This document shows positions 58,222 through 64,000 of a stretch of 64,000 nt of DNA, piece by piece. Location of the stretch: assembly GCF_009914755.1 (NCBI RefSeq), contig NC_060932.1. The stretch is one strand, 5' to 3'. Source of the DNA: the human T2T-CHM13v2.0 reference genome, Homo sapiens. The translations under genes and the position numbers were made by a program. Position 1 is the first letter of the stretch, and each line of letters begins with the position of its first letter. The notes under the pieces are model-generated. The model was not told the DNA's origin and did no database searches. It saw only the letters and a list, made by a program, of their open reading frames with translations.

Positions 58222-58981
58222 GAATGATCTTAGCTAGAAATCCTGGACAACCTGCTTCAGCTTTGACATCAGCACTTGTTGCCTCACCTTGAACTTTTAT
58301 GTTGTAAAGATGGCTTCCTTTTTTAAGCCACATGAGCCAACCTCTTCTAGATTCAAACTTTTCTTCTGCAGCTTCCTCACAGCTCTCAGCCTTCATAGAA
58401 CTGAAGTGAGTTAGGGCCTTGCTCTAGATTAGGCTTTGACATAAGGAAACGTTGTGGCTCATTTGTTCTTTATCTAGACCAATCAAACTTTATCTATGGC
58501 AATAGTAAGGATGTTTTGCTTTATTATCATTCATGTGTTCACTAGAGTAGCAAATCTGACTTTCTTTAATAACTTTTCCTTTGCATTCACAACTTGGTTA
58601 ACTGGCACAAAAGGTCTAGCTTTTGGCCTGTCTTGACTTTCAACATTCTTTCCTCACTATGCTTAATCATTGCTAGCCTTTGAGAGACACAAAGTGAGAA
58701 AAGCATGAGTCTTCCTTTCAGGTGAACACTTAAAGGCCAATGTAGGGTTATTAATTGGCCTAATTTCAGTATTGTGGCTCAGGAAATATCTGTCTGAGAA
58801 GAGGGAGAAATGTAGACAAATGGCTTGTCAGTGGAGCAGTCAGAACAAACATATTTATCAACTAAGTTCACCATCTTATATAGGCATGGTTTCTAGCCCT
58901 CCACAAAATTACAATAGTAATATGAAATATCAACTGATCACAGATCACCATAACAGATAAAATAATAATGAAAGTGTTTGA

Positions 58982-59281
<300 letters not shown>

Positions 59282-59479
59282 TTATCAAAACGTGACACAC
59301 AGACACAAAGTGAACACGTGCTGTTGGAATAATGGCACTGACAGACTTGCTAAGTATATGGTTGCCACAAATTTTCAGTTTCTAAAACGTGATATCTGTG
59401 AAGCATAATAAAATGAGGCACAATAAAAATGCAGAATGCCTGAATATATAAACCTGTATCTGTATGCATGCATACACAT

Positions 59480-60300
59480 GTATTTCTTGAGATGGATTTT
59501 AAATATCATAAAATTAACCTATTTCAAGTACACAACTTAATGGTTTTTGGTAACTTTATTGACTGGTGCCACAATGACCATAAATCAGTTTAAAAACTTT
59601 ATATCTCCCAATATGATTCCTCATTCCCATTTTCAGTTTATCCCTATTTCCCACTTCCAGCCCCAGGCATTCACTAATCTACTTTATTTATTTGTAAATT
59701 GCCTTTGTAAGACATTTTAGATAGATGGGCTCATGCAACATATATTATTTTTGTCTAGCTTCTTACCCTTAGAATAATGTTCTTGAGATTAAGCCATGAC
59801 ATAATGACCAGCCATTCCTTCTTTTATATTGCTGAGTAAAATTCTATTGTATGGATATGCTGCATTTTGTATATCCATTCACCAGCTGATGGACATTTAA
59901 TTTGTTTCCACGTTTTGGCTATTTGAAGTAATGCTTCTGTGAACATTTGTGTGCAAGTCATTGTGTAGACATATGCTTTCCCTCATCCTAAGTATATACA
60001 TAGGAGAGTGGGGTCCTACAGTTATTTTATGTTTAATTTTTTGAGAAACTGCCAAACTGATTTTCAAAGTGTCTATACCACTTACATTCTCCCAGCAAAG
60101 CATGGAGGTCCCATTTGGGGCTAACATTTGTTACCATTGGTTTTATTTCATACAGTTAATCTAGTGGGTGGAAAATGATATTTCATTATAGTTTTAATTT
60201 GCGTTTTCCAAATGACTTCCTGTCCTGTACTTGCTAGCCATTTGTATGTCCTCTTTGGTGAAATGTCTGTTAATATATTTTGTCCATTTTGAGATTTTAT
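59480..60300 (-). mobile_element. L1MB/MC-like 3' end
   Basis: 'ccagccccaggcattcactaatctacttt', 'tatccattcaccagctgatggacattt', 'gagaaactgccaaactg'; ORF fragment QIKTIMKYHFPPTRL. Confidence 0.85.
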
Positions 60301-60399
60301 ATATATATTTAATAAAAATACATGACATATCATATACACATATAATATGTATATTGTGTGTGTATAAGTAATAAGTGCAAAATAATTGAACTTTTTCTA

Positions 60400-61200
60400 T
60401 CTGAATTTAGGGAATAAAGCTAAAGCTTTTGAGGAGGAAACCTCATGGCCTAAGAAACACATATGAGTGAACAAAATGAAAATAAGTAAATTAATAATCC
60501 AACCCAACAAATTAGAAATCACAAAATTAAAATAAGAAAAACTGGAAAAATGTAGACATATGTCAATAAACAAGAAAAAAATTAATTCATAGACCTAATG
60601 AATTACCTGATGATCTGTTCTGTGGAAATATCAAGACAATGAAATAGGTAAATCATTTTCTAAACTAATAAAAGAAAAATTGATGACATACAGACATATG
60701 ACATACACACTGATAATAGAAAAAAATCATAGATATAGAGATTATTAACTAAATCATATAAGACTATTTTTTCCCACTGTATTCCAATATATTTGAAGCC
60801 TGGATGAAATATATAAGAAAATATAACCCGCCACAAGCAACGACAGACAGACAGGTAATCCGAACAGGTTTACATCATCAAGGAAACAGATTTTTTAAAA
60901 AGAACTACGCTAAAAAAAGAACTGTTTCTAACAGCAATTCATTAAGAATTGGTTAATTCCAAAATTATGTGAAAGTATCTAAAACATAGAATGAAGATAT
61001 CTTTCAATTTTTTTATGAAGGCGGCAAAATATTAAACCAAAACAATCATAAAAGATATACTTCATCTGTTATGCTCTCTTCCAAAATATAAAGAGAATTC
61101 AAGCCCAATTTTACCCATGAATGCCAATTTATAAAAACATTAAATAAAATATTAACGCACATTACCTAGAAGCATATGAATCAAGACTGAGTCTTATCGC
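60400..61200 (+). mobile_element. Ancient L1M ORF2 relic
   Basis: A-rich; 'tttgaagcctggatgaaat', 'ttttatgaaggcggcaaaa', 'cccatgaatg...taaataaaatattaac'. Confidence 0.6.
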
Positions 61201-61316
61201 ATGGATGCACTTGTTCTGCTACCTGTCTGAATCTGATTACTCTAGTACCAGCATCTACATTTTAGCATTTAGATATTATTTGATGATATTTAACATTTAT
61301 TCACTGATGGTCATGG

Positions 61317-61457
61317 AGTGTCTAATGTGTGCTGATGACTCTTAGCTGCCTTGCATTACTGTCTGTCTTCAATAAATGACTTCAAATAAATGACTGATTC
61401 TCCAGGTCTTATTTCGGGGAGCCTCAGGACTCCCCTATGCTTTATTTTCCTTTGCAT
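61317..61457 (+). repeat. putative donor of 58080-58221
   Basis: direct alignment. Confidence 0.95.
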
Positions 61458-61568
61458 TCTGTCTTAACAGTTCGCCTCTGCTTTGTTTTATGTTTATGAG
61501 AAAAGGCAGAAGTTCTTCTAGACCAGAAATAACTGTTAGGTCCCATAGTTTGACACTAAGTATTTAGT

Positions 61569-61576
<8 letters not shown>

Positions 61577-61632
<56 letters not shown>
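61577..61632. repeat. (TA)n microsatellite
   Basis: direct reading. Confidence 0.95.
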
Positions 61633-62894
61633 AAACTTATTTGTTCAATTAGGGATATAGTGATAGTTTATGGTGATGCAATATATACATAGGTAGTCTT
61701 GGATTAAAACGACAAACTCAAACAAAATGCCAATATAATATTTAAAGGTAACATTTTTAACACTTGAAGAATGAATTTTTTTTAAAAAGCTGATTCAATT
61801 AGTGGTCAAATCCAGAGTATGGTAACTAAAACTGACATGTCTAAGGCAGACAACTGTCTTTCATTTGTCTTTTTCTTTCCTCTTTCCTATCTTAATTTAT
61901 TACATTCAACTCTTTCTATAGGGCTATTATCCAATAATTTCCTAGAATTTATTTAAAATTCTGCTCTCAGACTTTAAAATGCTTTTAGGATTAGCTGTAC
62001 TTTCAGATTCCTTTCTAAGAACAATAGGCAGCACCTGATTATCTTACCAATAGACGTAAATGCCTGTCCTGATTGAGAGAAAAATGCCACAGTATTGTAC
62101 ATTTTCTGTTCTCCTTGAAAGAAGGAATAAGATTGGAATAAGGGCTGTAGATGGAACTAGATATAAGCTAATTTTCCTTGGGCCTTGCCTGGAGGAGCAT
62201 AAAGAGGCCTAAATAAGGTGTGAAATAAGGTGTTGGGGAAGCATCTAATTAAAGGTAGGCTGCCCAGAAGGAGCAGAAGAGATGCTGCGGCTGTAGAGCA
62301 GTGAAGTAGCAAGTCCAGACTTACAGGAATTCATATACCTGGGGTCTGGAACAGTCAGACCAGCTTGAAGCCATCTATCACCATAGCAGTTAGTGGCCGC
62401 AGGAGCGTTTGAACCCTGGATTCCTGGGGAGAGTACAATACCAGAGTGGCTACATCACAGAGCCTCTGACCCTGAGATCCAGTAAGTAGATGTTCATAAA
62501 GCAAGGATCAAGAGATTTGATTCTCCCTGGGCACTTTGAGCTGATGGCAAACAGGCATTCATTAGATAGATAAGGCTGAAGTTTGAGAGATAGGTCTTAA
62601 GTATTAGCAAGAGCCTATCTGAGACCTCCCAAAGCAAAACAGCAGGACATCTATCCCAGCAGAGGGAGCTCAGAGAAGACACAGCTGTGGCTGACATAGA
62701 AGGCTAGGACCAAGGAAGAAAGTTTATTATAAATAATAGTGTCATCAAGAAAAGTAAAATTTACTAGGTGAGTGTTAAACATGCATTCTTTTCATTTCTA
62801 AATATATATCTGATTGCTTTTAATGGACTTAAATAATACTTCATTTCTGGTATTCAGAAATAATTAATATGCAAAGTTTAAAGTTATGTTTTCA

Positions 62895-63095
62895 AAATCT
62901 TCAGAGCTAGAAAGGACTGTAGAGATAATTTATTCCATCACATACCCATGAAAACATTTCCAAATAAGAAATGTGACACTCAGGGAGATTTTCTAACTTG
63001 CTTAGAGTTAGTCAGCTAATGAGTGGTAATGGACGAATTAATACTTATGAAGTAGATTCCTAGCACAAACTTATTTTTATTGTGCAATGTAGAAT
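62895..63095 (+). mobile_element. MIR relic
   Basis: 'agagctagaaaggactgtagagataattt...aaataagaaatgtgacactcagggag...aacttgcttagagt...cagctaatgagtgg'. Confidence 0.6.
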
Positions 63096-63771
63096 ACTTT
63101 TGCTAAAAAAGAGTTAATTTGCTACATAAAATCTCTGAAATTGATTTTCATTTTTTAAAACATCAACAACTACTGGTTTGCCAATTTAAGCTTACACATA
63201 CACAGATCCTTTACCATTCACTAAATTAAAGAGAAAAGCTGCTTATGAATATAAGTCATTTATAGTGATGGTTACTGGCACATTCTAAACTAATATATAT
63301 ATATATAAAATATATAGAATGCCACACTATATGTCGTATATATAGGAATATGGAATAGATGGATATAGACATAGATAACATATAGATATGAGAGATATAG
63401 ATTTATATGTAATTAATATATGTAAGGATATGTACACAATATATGCATGCACATATATGCAATGTTACTATATAACATTATAGCTATTCATTGTAGATAT
63501 AATATGATATTAACTAGTATTTCCTTGGGCCTGCTCAATCACAGTCATCTTCACTTACTGCTTCAGCAGTTCCAATTCCATTCAGAAAGAGGTTTCTGTA
63601 AAAAGCAGACAAACACTGGAAGGGTCATGGAGCTGTTGAGCTGCTTGGTACAAACATTTTGGATTTAAGAGTACCAGTCTTTCTTTAATATCCATGATTA
63701 AAATCTTGGGTCCAGCTTGCCTCATCGGTAAACTTATAATCTACTTTTTCTCAGAAATATATGCATATGTT

Positions 63772-63850
63772 GGTAGATAGGTAGATAGATGGAGAGAGAG
63801 AGAAAGAGAGAAAGAAAGAAAGAGAGAAACAGAGGCAGAGACAAAGAATA
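63772..63850. repeat. Purine-rich simple repeat (GATA/GA/GAAA)
   Basis: direct reading. Confidence 0.85.
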
Positions 63851-64000
63851 AAATTCTTTCCTAAGAACATAGAAATTTTTTTAGTAATAGGGGATGCCTC
63901 TTAAAAATTGATAGGAGCAAAAAACTATTACAGAGGGTGTGGAAATTGCAATTGTGTAAGGCTGACAAGCTAATAAAGCATGGTGATATCCTACCACCCA

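Noticed and set aside
62050-62720. Moderately GC-richer, purine-rich patch, possibly an old LTR or enhancer
   Set aside because: No termini, TSD or family motif that I can identify with confidence

Overview
AT-rich, CpG-poor, repeat-dominated catarrhine primate (human-like) genomic DNA that looks intergenic or deep intronic. No protein-coding gene, RNA gene, CpG island or CRISPR array can be supported. All sizeable ORFs derive from L1, MaLR-internal, Tigger1 or Alu sequence, or from stop-free microsatellite. Main contents: a near-full-length dead L1PA (47534-53374, 14-bp TSD) carrying a nested twin-primed L1 3' fragment; an older ~5.5 kb minus-strand L1 (about 7170-12690); two MSTA-type MaLR proviruses, both cut on the 3' side; several solo LTRs (THE1/MST, MLT1, MLT2, MER9); Tigger1, Tigger3a and a hAT/Charlie transposase relic; five Alus and an Alu monomer; and a ~3 kb almost pure A/T block of palindromic minisatellites. 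The least ordinary signals are: (i) four short (44-340 bp) same-orientation local copies with donors 1.5-3.2 kb away, one cleanly splitting Tigger1, consistent with repeated templated-insertion repair; (ii) two independent twin-primed L1 fragments with nearly the same inversion breakpoint; (iii) a 25-bp hairpin-unit array with orientation flips. Repeat subfamily names come from recalled consensus motifs, not from a search. Boundaries of old repeats are approximate and identities were counted by eye. I see no evidence for a new gene-level system.
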